Below are positions 1-12,267 of a stretch of DNA of 64,000 bases, one piece after another; the first letter of the stretch is position 1, and each line of letters starts with the position of its first letter. A program made the position numbers and the translations under genes. Source of the DNA: Trichosphaerium sp. ATCC 40318 (lineage: Eukaryota > Protista > Tubulinea); contig JALMLS010000140.1 in NCBI GenBank assembly GCA_038496445.1, positions 1 through 64,000 of the forward strand, in the 5' to 3' direction. The notes under the pieces are model-generated. The model was not told where the DNA came from, ran no database searches, and was given only the letters and a program-made list of their open reading frames with translations.

Positions 1-13
1 GAGGTCGACCTAT

Positions 14-1959
14 CAGGTCTAAAATTCTCGAGCTGTTTTTATGGTAGATACCATGAATTTGTGGTATAATTATACCATTGATTCCAATTTTATACCACAA
101 ATTCCAGTATAATATACCATAAATCAAAGGATTTATACCATGAAACAGCCAAATTATACCATAAATATACAGTAGAAAGTGCGAATTTATACCATATTTT
201 TTCACCTGAAAAAATGCATTATATGGTATATTCTACCATAAAACATGGTATAAAACACAGTATAATACCATAAAGCCTGGTATATTATACCTATAAAACT
301 TGGTAGATTATACCACAAAACCAGGTGTATTATACTGTGTAAAAACTGTTCTAAAAATAAAAACACATTTATTAATACATCTTTTTTTGTTTACATCTGT
401 GACTTTTAGTTTTGCCCATGTCCTTTTTTGCAGTGATCAAATAACCTTAAAAGAACAGATCGTACTTGCTGTAAGTGCATTGAATGGATATAGCATGAAA
501 CCTAAAAGAAGAGTTAGCGCCGCTTGGTTTCTTGTACACAAAATAAATAGTCGTACAAAAATTGTTGTTTTATGGCAGCGCTGAGAGTAACAAATGACCT
601 GCACGGTGAAGCCAAACCAAAACTAAAACAAAGAAATGAAAATAGCTACCAACCTCATCGGAAACGAGTTCTAGCGGAATAGTACCTGGTTGGGCGGCTA
701 ACACGTTTTGTTTTTTTATATCACCTATTAAGCCTGTAAAACCTATGGCAAAACAGCTTTAAACAACTACTTTCTAGCGTACCTTGTGTTGTGGGCAATA
801 AACTGGTCAAAACTTAGTTTTATGCCCTGGGCTTAGCCATTAGTTTACAATATCACTCGTAAGGTCAACGCATGGTGCAGAGCCTAAATGCTATCTGTTC
901 CGGCAAATGCGGGCGTTTGGTAGGAAAACCAAAAAAATCAAAAATCCAAAAAAACCAAAACTCGAAAAATGGGTAGGCTCTGAAACAACTTTGCCTTATA
1001 TCACTAATCGCGTGGTTTAACACACATTGGGGCATATATCAAGAATGTCAAAAAAAAATAAATAATTTTGCTCTTGATTTGGTAAATGAGGCTGTATGGC
1101 GTTGATTGAGTGTAAAAATGCGTATGGAGGGGAGAAAAAAATGAGAGCCGGAGAAAAAAACCTCCAATTGGAGGTTTTTTGCGAATGGGCATTTTTCGAG
1201 CGCTAAACGCGTTTTTGGTGTGTATACCACTGTAGCGTTCTAACATGGGGTACGTGGAGTGGTTTCTTCCTCAAATACCATTAATCGGAGAAAGTTGGCC
1301 CAATTTATCCCTAAAACGCCCGTAATTGGGGCGCATTACCAGATTTCTCTCTTAAAACTGTTTTTCACACATTTATATGCAATTATGTTCAATAACGGCT
1401 ACTGTCAAAGCATTGTGTGGTATGGCGTTTGTGTAGGTCCATATGCTATTAAATCAAGTGCAGACCAAGTGAGCTTTGACTAACTTATACTTATACAGTA
1501 TAATACCATGGTATAATACCACATTTTATGGTATAATTATATGGTATAATGCATGGTATACAATACAAAATACAGTATAATACCATGGTATAATACTGTG
1601 TTTTATGGTATAATTATATGGTATAATGCATGGTATAATATACTGTAAAATGGTATAATACCATATAATACTGTGTTTTATGGTATAATTATATGGTATA
1701 ATGTGTGGTATAATATACTTTAAAATGCAGTATAATACCATGGTATAGTACCATGTTTTATGGTATAATTATATTCTATAAATTGAGATATGGTATAAAC
1801 ATGGTATAATGGCTGTTATACCATTTGTCCAAAAACATGGTATTATACCATATTTTATGGTATAATTATATGGTATAATTATGGATTATACTGAGCTTGT
1901 ACCATAAAGGTGATTATACCATAAAATATGGTATTATACCATGATAATTTTCAGACCTA
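14..1959. mobile_element. Putative non-autonomous DNA transposon with short terminal inverted repeats and long subterminal repeat arrays
   Basis: Left end (c)aggtctaaaatt at 14-26 matches the reverse complement of right end aattttcagacct(a) at 1946-1959. Both ends are lined with dense TATACCAT/ATGGTATA repeats (about 40-340 and 1490-1945). No credible internal ORF and no target-site duplication recognised. Confidence 0.65.
1490..1945. repeat. Subterminal degenerate tandem array of ATGGTATAAT with a ~75-bp higher-order period
   Basis: The block ttttatggtataattatatg(g) recurs at about 1525, 1601, 1676 and 1756. Confidence 0.9.
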
Positions 1960-2046
1960 TGATTGCTACTGTTGGCACTTATCTTTGCGTAGCTTAGCCT
2001 AGTTTAAGTGAATAAGTCAAGCCACCTGTCGACGTGTTCCACAGCA

Positions 2047-4374
2047 ATGGACTTACAAGCTTCCTACGACTTTGGTAATACTGAAGCTAGTAAACTACAG
2101 TGTTTTCAACGCCTTGTGGATCTGTTTACTAATCTACAATATGATTCCTACGAGACAAAGTATAAATACTCTTTTAAGATAAAACTAACGTAGAATAGTG
2201 CATCAGAAGAACAAAAGGAGTATTGGATTAACGAAGCCACTAATTTGGCTTTAAAGCACCACAAGGAAGTAATATTGGTATCTAATGAACTACTGGAACG
2301 CAGGAAAACGCTACTGGTCGCCTACTTGCACTGTACGGATAGCTGTCAATTTTTCTTAGCTTAACCGCATTAATACCATTTATAGTTAGCGTAAGTTACC
2401 TCCTATGTAAACCGTTAATGGAGGACACTACACTAGACAACTCTATTTTTAAAACCTACGTCGTCAGGTATGTTTCTTTTCAACGAAAAACACAGAACAC
2501 ATGGTGGATTTACTACTTTCACTCAGCTGAGCGATGTATTGTAGTGACAAACTCATGTGTTTTTACCCAGTTTTGTACAACGGTTTTACATAGATTACGT
2601 TGTAGTCTGTTTTCAATTTTTTGCTTTGCAAACCATTTCAACTTGTTAACTTCTTCGTTTTGTTGATCTGGTTAGGACTCTCCCGTTATTGGAACTGGCA
2701 CTTGAGATTGAAGGCTCTTCCATGATAGTAGATGAATACTCAAATGGTGGAAAAGCGATATCAGTTATAATGAGTTGGATTCACAGTATCACGTGGGGTA
2801 AAGATGTGGCGAATATTATAGCAGAGACAACAATAATGAAGGGTATTTACCCCTATTTATCGTGTATGTCTGAGACAATAAGGCAGTCAGCTTTGAGTGT
2901 TTGTGTATGGCTTTTAGACGGCGATGGGAACGCTGTTATATTCCAAGAGCTAGGAGGAATGGACTTGATTCTTTCATGTGTATCAAACAACACAATAGCA
3001 AAAACGAATGCCACTGTACGTTGTATAAACGAATCTAATGCTTCCCCGTCATGTGGAGTTAATAATCATGTTCTTAGAGTATAGCGTGGAAGCTTACAAT
3101 GGTAGAATTATCGTCTCTAAAGTTGATAAAACACGAGTTATTCTCTAAAACCATCGAATGGATACCTTCAGCAGATACAACCGATGATATTTCCTTTAAA
3201 ATAATCTGTTGTTGCTATCTATCTTGTTTATTGGCGCATGGTGAGACAGATCCAGCCTGTAATGATATACTAAAGAGCAAGGGCGTGGAGGAAAAGTGTT
3301 TTGCACTTGCAAAGAACATTAAGCCTTACTTGAGTCAAAACCATAATATTCTTATTGATTTTTGGGATTTTGCAATTCCTTCTTTGAGGAGCAAGTCTTC
3401 AGAAGCTAATTGTGGTATGTTATCAGTTGTATATTATTGCCTTCAAGATTCATCGCATTCGCATGTTGACTACCCCAAGGTATGTAGCAATACTTGTTTG
3501 AAAACTGACTTGGTTTTCGGAATTGTTTTTTTATTTGCAGTGTCACGTGCTGTTGGTTAATTACGGTTTCTTTAATCATTATTATTAAATTGATTTGGGG
3601 TTTTTCTTCAAGGCGTATTGTAAGATAATATCACTGACGCTTACCAATCTGTAGATGCTTGAAAGAGATGGAGCTACAGTTCATATAATTAATATTTTGA
3701 ACAAAAAACTTCCTTTGAATGATGCAGATGTTTTTGCTGTAGATATGGTTCTTGACATACTACTACTGTATTCAAAATCTAAAAATGTGAGGCATTTTTT
3801 GGTTCAACATGGCATCTTACGGTATGTAATGATCAATTGATAAATCCTTTTGGAAACAAGGTTTTTTCTTACGCGTGTCTGTCTGTTTAACTAAACTACT
3901 TCTTTTTTGTAGGGCTTTAAGCAATTGTACTAGGAAGATTAATATACGTGATTCTATTTTGTGTAATATTATGGAAGATCCTAGTATCTACATACATAGT
4001 ATGTTTTCTCACGTGTTCTTTTTCTTTTTCATTTGCAATGCTGTTTTTTGGCTTCCAAATCAAATTACTGCCTACGGCTGATTTTTGGTTTCCTTGGTTG
4101 TTGTTTTGATTGTGTTCGTTTAGGGTCACCTAAAGGATCCGTTTTAACATTGCTACATACTTGTCAGAACTTTCTAATGAAGAACGCTGATGATGTTCTT
4201 GACCTTGCAACTTTTAGTCATCATCATAATATGGATATTATGGAAGCTTTCTTTACTGCATCCGCACTTAAGGATGGTTTATCTTCGGATTCAGATGTAC
4301 TTAATCAGTCTATAGAATTTAAAAATAGGTTCAAACATCTCAAAGAGATAACGACTAAATCAAACAGTAATTGA
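2047..4374 (+). CDS. Multi-exon hypothetical protein, probably an alpha-solenoid (ARM/HEAT-like)
   Basis: Run of plus-strand exons with GT-AG boundaries; hydrophobic helical pattern such as FQELGGMDLILSCV and FLVQHGILR. Exon structure is approximate. Confidence 0.55.
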
Positions 4375-4469
4375 TTTATTGTTTTTTATGTACAAGTTAC
4401 AATACAAAATATTAATTCATTGTCTCTATTTTATATTAAGAGTGTGTTTTACCCTCTAGTACATACCAA

Positions 4470-4737
4470 TCATCTATTGCCTGTGACAATTACACCTCAG
4501 GTTACAAACTTGTGAGGTGTGGTTCTCCAAAATGAGTGATAGATGGTTTTTTTTCTTGTATTCGTATCTTGTGGTGAAGACAACACAATGGTTGTTTGGG
4601 ACCTAGCTTCCGCAGTGAAGAGGTTTACTTATTCCAATGCGGATAGCAGATGCTGGTGGGTTCCGTACAATAGCTTTAAGAACATGATTGCAGCATCACA
4701 TGATAAGGGTCTTGTACTTTCATCCTCAAAACTCTAA
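4470..4737 (+). pseudogene. Degraded WD40 fragment resembling a coatomer alpha/beta' blade
   Basis: FVSCGEDNTMVVWDL...SRCWWV...NMIAASHDKGLV resembles the COPA pattern SEDKSIRVWD...DRFWVL...LFAAGHDGGMIVFKL. Upstream stops; no complete gene. Confidence 0.4.
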
Positions 4738-5117
4738 AAAAACTCCCCAACAAGTTTCTTCATTTCCACAATTTGTTTCTTTTTTTGTAGGGTATGGCTG
4801 ACCATTTGTGCGTGCACATTACACAAAATTAGTAATACAACCAAAAGGTTAATAGCCTACTCATTGGCATCCATTTACAACGCATGCCAAGAACTTGAGT
4901 CACCTTATACTCGCAAACGCTTAGTACAAATTCAAGATGTTTGACTTGTCGAAGTAACAAAACAGCGTCGCCTTATTAACAGCAACTTAAGATATGTATT
5001 ACTTGTAATCAATGCGATCTTCAACGCATTATGCTGACACCATGCATGTGCCACCATTGAAGACAGTTTACTCCTCAACAATAGTATAAGTAATTGCTTA
5101 CTGGAAGCAACATCAAA

Positions 5118-5191
5118 GCCTATGTAGCTCAGTTAGGTAGAGCGTTAGCCTTTTAAGCTAATGGCCGCGGGTTCGAGCCCCGTCATAGGCT
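5118..5191 (+). tRNA. tRNA-Lys (anticodon TTT)
   Basis: Cloverleaf: acceptor GCCTATG/CATAGGC, D arm GCTC/GAGC, anticodon arm TTAGC-CTTTTAA-GCTAA, T arm GCGGG-TTCGAGC-CCCGT. Confidence 0.93.
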
Positions 5192-6093
5192 TTAACTTTA
5201 TTATTACACCCGTCTTAGCAAGAGTTCCGAATAAAATTCATAAATATGATAAGAATTCTCAGAATATTAGAATGTAGAACTTATTTGATACTCAATTGCT
5301 CACTTCCAGACGCCGTGCTATTAAACATTTAAATGTTCAAAAACGGATCAAGAATAAACGTTACTTACTGCATCCACTAGCAAATCGTACCTTTGAGGAG
5401 AAACAACATTTAAGAGATCTCCGCTTAACAGCACGAGTACGCTTCTTTTTCATTAAGCAGTTTTTTCAAAACCAGCATATCACCAGCACTTTTTGTCATC
5501 CCTGGGTCCCTCAAGGCACACACTTTTGGGCACGTGGCTCTTAAAGCAATAAAGGCGACCTCATGGGTTAATACGGCGGTTTGCAACTTGTCAAAATGTC
5601 AAATGAGCTCCACTTTACTAACGTTAAGTGAAAGCCCAATTTAGTACCAAAAAACAATTTTAAAAGTCATGCTGATGTTGAGTCATTGTGAAACAAAGTA
5701 ATAATAACATTTTGTAATTCTCAGACTAGTACTCGACCATAAAGTGTAGAGAGATACACCTCTGTTTGAAGGGTGGTAGTTACACTTGCATTATTCATTT
5801 TGTTACCGTGGTATCTTGTTTTAAACTCTTCTAACTCGTGCTACATACTCACATCTTAATCATAAACCTTTTTACAATGATTCTTTTGATAGTGATTTGT
5901 GGCACAATAAATACTTGGCAAGGTGAGTACTTGATCGATGCAGCAGTTGTAGCAATATGTACAGTTGTAGACCCAGTGTTGGTTAAAAAAGTGTGGAAAC
6001 CACAAGTCTATTGACACCATGTTCTTATCATCTTAACTTTCACCAGCAAGCTTCATGGTCCGTGTAACCATTGTATTTAGTATTCTATCCTAC

Positions 6094-8755
6094 TCAATTA
6101 CATTCGAGGGTTTGGACTTGCATCATTCCTTGTCGAGGAATAACTAAGCGAGGGTGAGTTGAAATAGTCCAAAAAAAAACCAACTAGGCACCTCCATCCT
6201 GATGATTTTCAGGCGGATTTATCAATGGTTTTGCTCCAGGCTTGACTTTAATAGGTGTGTCTGGATGATAAAAACTTATTGTGGCTGCTAAACTATCAAG
6301 ATCGCCTTCCCACCAATATGGTACATGTACCAAATAAACACCTGAAAGTAATAACAATAAGTCATTGTGTACAAATACCTCAAAAATGGTTTTTACCGTA
6401 TTGCTTGCATCTTCGTGACTTCTCTACATCTCTCCATGCAAACACGTTAGTTGGTTGTTCGTGTTTGAATAGATCGTAGTAATGGTGTTCACCTTAAGTG
6501 AGGGTAAGGAGAATGATAAAGTTGAGGAAAACTTGAACACAATTAAAAAAAAAAGTTTACCTTGGTATTCAATCGCCAGGTTGTATTTAGGCACGAATAT
6601 ATCAAAGCTTAATAAAATACCAGAGTTTCTATACCCTAACATATGTTCCTCTTCAATGCGTTCTCCAGGGAACAACATTTTTACACTGTAGACTAGAAGT
6701 CTAATAGTAAAGAATTAACAACAAGAGAAACGAAGAAACAAAGTAAACCAAAAAAACAAAGCACCTCTGAGCAGCTTTTTTAGAACGATAAGAAAAGTTC
6801 CTCCATTTCCAATTAACACCAGGATATATTGTTTGAAGAACTTGAGGGAAGTAAGGTAAAATACCTTTACCGTTCAAGCTGGAAAATTGCTTAGCAGAGA
6901 TACGATACCTTAAAGGGAAATCAGGTGTTACAAAGAAAGAAGTTTTTCGGACCATTTACTAGGCTCGCTAATGTTATACACACGCTCCATATTTGTCAGG
7001 AAGCCTTTGACATTTATTCCATCCTGCCAATAACCCCTTGGTACTGTAAGACGACGTCTAGAGAAAGAATTAAAAAGACATTTTATAAAAATAAAAAAAG
7101 TTTCGATGTTTGATGTTTAACATACTTAAACATGGTTTCTCGCCAGTTATACGATGGATACAATGTCTTCAAGGTATCGAAGTAGGAGTTCTTATATCTA
7201 AAGGATCCTTAGACCAATACTTGTTACGATAAAGCAAAAATAAAGAACATACTTTGATTTAACCAGATAAGAAATACCAAGAGAGACACTCTGTTCTGCA
7301 CTTATATCACACCAAGCATCGAATGTTTTAATACCAATATTCTGACCAACTTCATCAAGCATATCACGTTGATTTAATTGATTATCCCAATGATGAGAAG
7401 GTGCACGTCTGTTTTGTTGCCAAAAAATTAGCCAAAACAGCCGAGCCAAAAAAAACTCAAACAACGCACAAGAAATTACCTGGCACCCAAGCATGCTCAG
7501 GATATAGCGCATTTAGCATCTCTACAACACCTCCTCTATATCTATAGACAATATATTTTAAAAATACACTTAAAGAATGCTATAATGCCGTACTTGCGAA
7601 GAATACTTGCTAGACCTGCTTTCTGAAAATGTGGTACACCAGTACCATGCCAATCATCAAGAGTTTTAATATTCAGCTTCCACGCTGCCTTGTTCAGGAG
7701 TTTCCGTTGAGCTTGTATAAAATAATCGGGAGCACTCTTAAGCTTAAATGATTGCCATCGTACTGAAGGGTATACAGCATTAAACAGAGATACCATCGAA
7801 CGATTATGCCTAACGATCGTTGAAGTGTTAGTTTTCGCGTTTTTTTCTCACTTAGAAAACACGTGGTAGAACAATAAAATATTAAGAATATATACTTACT
7901 TTGCTAGTATTGCTGTACCATTTGGTTGCTGCAAAATATCCTTTTTATCAACGAGATACCAATCACTAAGAATCTTAATATTCAAAGTCATACCAATTTC
8001 ATCCAGTCTCATGCGTAAATTATCAACCGACTCCCAATGACCCATCGGTGCACACCTATCAATACTTAAGCTCAAGAGCTTCTAAACTCATTAGTGTACC
8101 TAAATCGCCATACTTCCCATGGATAATCAGGAAAGAGCGAAGAGAGCATACGAGAGAGCGAATTATCATATCTAATTCGAACAATTAGTTGCATGAAAAA
8201 AAATCATCTGTTGACAAAGAACTCGTACCTGTACACTAAAATCGAACCAAACCCGAACTCATGGACATCACTAGATACATGTGAATACCATCCATCAAGA
8301 GTTTTGATCCCAAGTTTCTTAGAAACACGCTGACACATCGCTTTTGATTCGTTCTGAGTTATACTAGAAAAATTCGGTTTGTCGTCACTAGTATAGCGTT
8401 AAAACATTCTATTGATCATAGCAGAGGCTTAGACATACGCAAACCTGTATTGAAGCCAAAATGTGGATGGGTATAATTGCTGTAAAGTCGCTGAAAGCCC
8501 ACCGTAGCTTAAAAGCTTGTCAGAGGATATAAGAGCGTACAGCGTTGATTTTACATTAACCATCGCAGATTTGGTGTACCTGTTAACAATACCAGCCATT
8601 TCTGGTTCTGAAGCCATACGCGTTTGATTTAGGGCGTACCAATCGTCTTTTACGAACACACGAAGAGCTGGCGCGAATGTCACATTAAAAAGTTTTCTAT
8701 GTACTCTAATACGCGATGGTGGGTGGGCAGAACCCCTTATAGTAGCTGAACGCAT
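6094..8755 (-). CDS. Helical-repeat ('DWY...W..F..P..YW') protein with C-terminal PD-(D/E)XK/RAP-like nuclease domain; multi-exon
   Basis: Spliced repeats such as LNIKTLDDW, IGIKTFDAW, YPSVRWQSF and YPGVNWKW; C-terminal FDIFVPKYNLAIEYQGEHHY...LVHVPYWW. The introns checked are GT-AG. Confidence 0.75.
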
Positions 8756-9179
8756 AATGGTTTTTAAAACTGTTGATTGGCATGTTACAGTAGTACACAC
8801 GTACTACAACACGCGTCGCAAGTGTAATGCGCAGTTTATTTACAATAATTAAAGCTCTACATGTCAAAACAGTCAAACGGAGTACTGAGGCGTCCTAAAT
8901 TCACTTTAAAGCCGTAATAAAGCATATTCGATGTAGTGTTGATATGTCACGTTACAGTATGCCTGGTGACTCAAAAAGGCTATTACTGTGGTTGTAAAAA
9001 TAACAACAAGGAAAGCTGGAAATTCGCACGATTTTTCGCGTGTCAAAAAGTGGAGTACTATGCAAGCATAACTTCGAATAGGTTAAAGGACAAGGAATCA
9101 GTGAATGAAAGACAACTACTTAACACACAAAAAGTCAACATCGGACATTAGCAGATCATCAAAGCTACTACTCTCACGA

Positions 9180-10172
9180 ATGGACGTACAACAACGTATC
9201 TCCGAGGGTTATACAGCAAACGACGCTGGAATTACAGCAGAGCATCACGAATCTATTCTTGCTCTACCAGTCGAAAGCATAGTTCATATTCTCAAATGCG
9301 AGAGATTTACGCGTGCAGCCCAAACCTGTCGCTTATTACGAGATATCTATTATAAGCATGTAGGATACAGCCTTCTACGATTTTACAACGAAAACGAGAT
9401 ATTAGCACTATCAGGAAGCCCTTTGCTACAAAACACAAAGATGGATTTCTTTTACATGCATAATAGTGCTACCGACAGTCATATGGACTTACTTAAAGGT
9501 GTACATACTATAGATATCTCATGGTGTAAGGGAATTACAGATAACGGCATAGCAGCATTAAAAGGAGTTCATGAAATAAACTTGATGAGAACAAATGTCA
9601 CAGATAAAGGTTTAGAGTCATTGACTGGTGTTCATACCATTAACCTTTGTAAGTGTACTAGAATAACAGATAAAGGTATTAAAACGTTGGCTGGAGCGCG
9701 TACCATTAATTTATCGCATACAGCTGTTACAGATGAAGGTATAAAGTCATTACTTGGTGTACATAAACTAATATTGTACAATACAAAAGTCACTGACGAG
9801 GGTATCAAATCTTTAGCTGGTATACACACTATTTATTTATCAAAAACCGCTGTCACAGATGAAGGTATAAAGGCGTTAGCTGGTGTACATGAAATAAATT
9901 TATCAATCACAGAAGTTACAGATGAAGGAATAAAGGCTTTGGCTGGTGTACACACAATTTATTTAGCAGATACAGCTGTTACGGATGAGGGTGTCAAGGC
10001 ATTAGTTGGAGTACACAGTATTGAAATAACTAATACAGAAGTTACAGATGAGGGTATCAAGGCGTTGGTTGGTTTACACACTCTCGATGTAGATTATTGT
10101 AGTGAGCTCAGTGACACATACATAGAAGTATTGAGATCACAAGGTGTTAAAGTCAATTATGTACACAACTGA
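9180..10172 (+). CDS. Intronless F-box-like + leucine-rich repeat protein (21-aa repeats HTIxLSxTxVTDEGIKxLxGV)
   Basis: N-terminal ILALPVESIVHIL...AAQTCR; about 10 tandem LRRs; likely ATG at 9180 (ORF-track start is GTG at 9105). Confidence 0.85.
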   Translation: MDVQQRISEGYTANDAGITAEHHESILALPVESIVHILKCERFTRAAQTCRLLRDIYYKHVGYSLLRFYNENEILALSGSPLLQNTKMDFFYMHNSATDSHMDLLKGVHTIDISWCKGITDNGIAALKGVHEINLMRTNVTDKGLESLTGVHTINLCKCTRITDKGIKTLAGARTINLSHTAVTDEGIKSLLGVHKLILYNTKVTDEGIKSLAGIHTIYLSKTAVTDEGIKALAGVHEINLSITEVTDEGIKALAGVHTIYLADTAVTDEGVKALVGVHSIEITNTEVTDEGIKALVGLHTLDVDYCSELSDTYIEVLRSQGVKVNYVHN

Positions 10173-10404
10173 ATGAGATGTTTTCTTAACATCTCACTCA
10201 GTACCAAGCGCATAAACGAACTTTGTAAGTGACAACAAAACATGTTAAACAATTAAACTAAAATAATTTCTGTCTTTTTTTCTTTATTGTTGTTTTTTGA
10301 TTACATGAGTTTGTTATGGTGGCACGTGTGTCTACTGTTATTTGCATAACCTATGCTACACACTTTACGTTATATTTAGATTGATAAGGTTATTTTACAA
10401 CAGT

Positions 10405-12267
10405 CTATGCAGTAACCTTAAAAATATGATACTCCCAAGCATGCATATCAAGGTACAATCCATCATTTTCCAACTTTCCAACATTCCTAACATACTTTAC
10501 ATCGCTAGCCATATCAGAAAGAGTAAGATCAATCTCTGCTGTATCAAGAATAGTTTCATTCCTTAAATTGACATAACACTGTCCTTGAGTAGAACCATAA
10601 TTAACACAAACAAGTATAAAGATATTATCTAATGTCCACTGATAACAAATAAAATTATTCCAAGTATTATTGCCGTCCCATGCTTGGCGACAATTAATAA
10701 GTTTCCATTGTCCGTTATAAATAGCTTCTTCTTTTAAAATAGATAAAAGTTTATCATAAAAGTTTTCTACATGAAGCTCCGTACTCTCATCAACTCTTCT
10801 ACCCACGTGCATGCTAACAAAAGACTTTCTACCTTGAAACTGTCCTTCATGAAAGAATCTAAGGCCAGGTACTGTAAAAGCTAAAACAGCTGCAGCAGCA
10901 TGTTGTTTGACATCTGTAATCGTAGAAGCAACACGTGGTTCATCATGATTTTCTGAAAGAAAACAAATTAACAAAGCCGTTTTAACTCAAAGGGAGATGT
11001 TTGAATGTTAGGTTTTCTTTGATGGAGCTATATGACGTACCCAAAAATCTTATTGAATGCTTCATAAAATTTGGCGTTGCTGTTAAGTGACCTTTGAGAC
11101 CTGATACTTCCCTCTCAATAAGACGGTCATAGTACTTCTTATCGTAAGTGTAATCAAACCCTTGTTGTTGAAGGTCCCATTCCAAGTTCCAGTATACCTC
11201 CGCCATCATAGTAAATCCGTCTCTAATGCCACAGTGTTGTATTACCCATACCCAAAATGAGCTATCGTTTGGCGTTGAACCATCAACAGGAACAGATTTA
11301 TCACCCTTAGCAAAAAAAAGTGTTAGTAACAGAATTCCACGAACCGCGATTGGTATGTACCCATGTGCGTTGTATGATTCGAGGAAGAAGTAGCATAGCC
11401 ATATCACATCGTAGACCATCACACACTTTTGCAATATCCTTCAAAATGGCAAACATTTCATCACGCAGACCTTTGAAAAAAAAACAATGTCAGAAAAGTG
11501 TAAGTGGCTTTTAAGATCGTCTCTGGGCGAAATCAATTTCCTTAACCTCACCTTGATGCCTGTAGTTAAGTTGTATGGTATCAGACCAACCATCAAAGTA
11601 TGGATCACGACCATACGCGAATATCTTATCGTTTATTTTTGTGTAATTCTGTGGTTGCTCTTTGAGATCTTTCTCCGTGCCTTGAATCAAATATTCTGGG
11701 TGTTCTACTGTCCAAGGATGATCCAAAGCAACGTGATTCTATCAACATATTAGTGCGATTCAAGTTCATTGCAATTCTTTAGCAAAAGAAAAATATCACC
11801 ACGTGTAGCAATGCATCATTTAAAAAACAGTAACATATTCTGAAAATATGGAGAAATTTTGCTCCAACCATTTTAAGATGACGTACAGGCACGAAATCGA
11901 GTATTAGACGGACACCTATTGTTTGTAGTCGCGTGTACAGTCTTCCGAGAGCACCTTCATCGCCATAGCGCGAATCGAGTTTATATGACCAAATTGCAAA
12001 CGGAGAACCAATAATATCGCACTCCGTTACGTCTGGTAGTTCTTTTTTGTATTTTGACGGTTCTTTGCGGCTAATTGCTACGCTTTGTTTTCCTTTTTGC
12101 CAAACACCCAAAAACCATACGTAATGGAAACCACGATGCTTTAGATCATCAAAGAAGGAGTCTGGAATGTCATCAAGCGTTGATTTTTTATTTAGTTTCT
12201 TTGATAGCTCTTGCAATAGAATTGCAGTATTTACTTGATACAGCGAAGGGTTCTTAGGCATAGCCAT
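10405..12267 (-). CDS. GH13 alpha-amylase family glycoside hydrolase, prokaryote-type subfamily; 4 introns
   Basis: Spliced GH13 motifs LILDFVPNH, DGLRCDMAML (nucleophile), MMAEVYW (acid/base) and FLENHDEPR. Confidence 0.9.

Noticed and set aside
1526-1741. ORF with YNYTIKHSII repeats
   Set aside because: Translation of the ATGGTATAAT DNA array; no coding signal.
40-1945. CRISPR-like or telomeric array
   Set aside because: Repeats are short and degenerate, occur in both orientations and have no unique spacers; no cas genes; eukaryotic context.
5230-5560. Basic ORF 5296-5544 and possible minus-strand exons
   Set aside because: No recognisable motif and no consistent spliced model.
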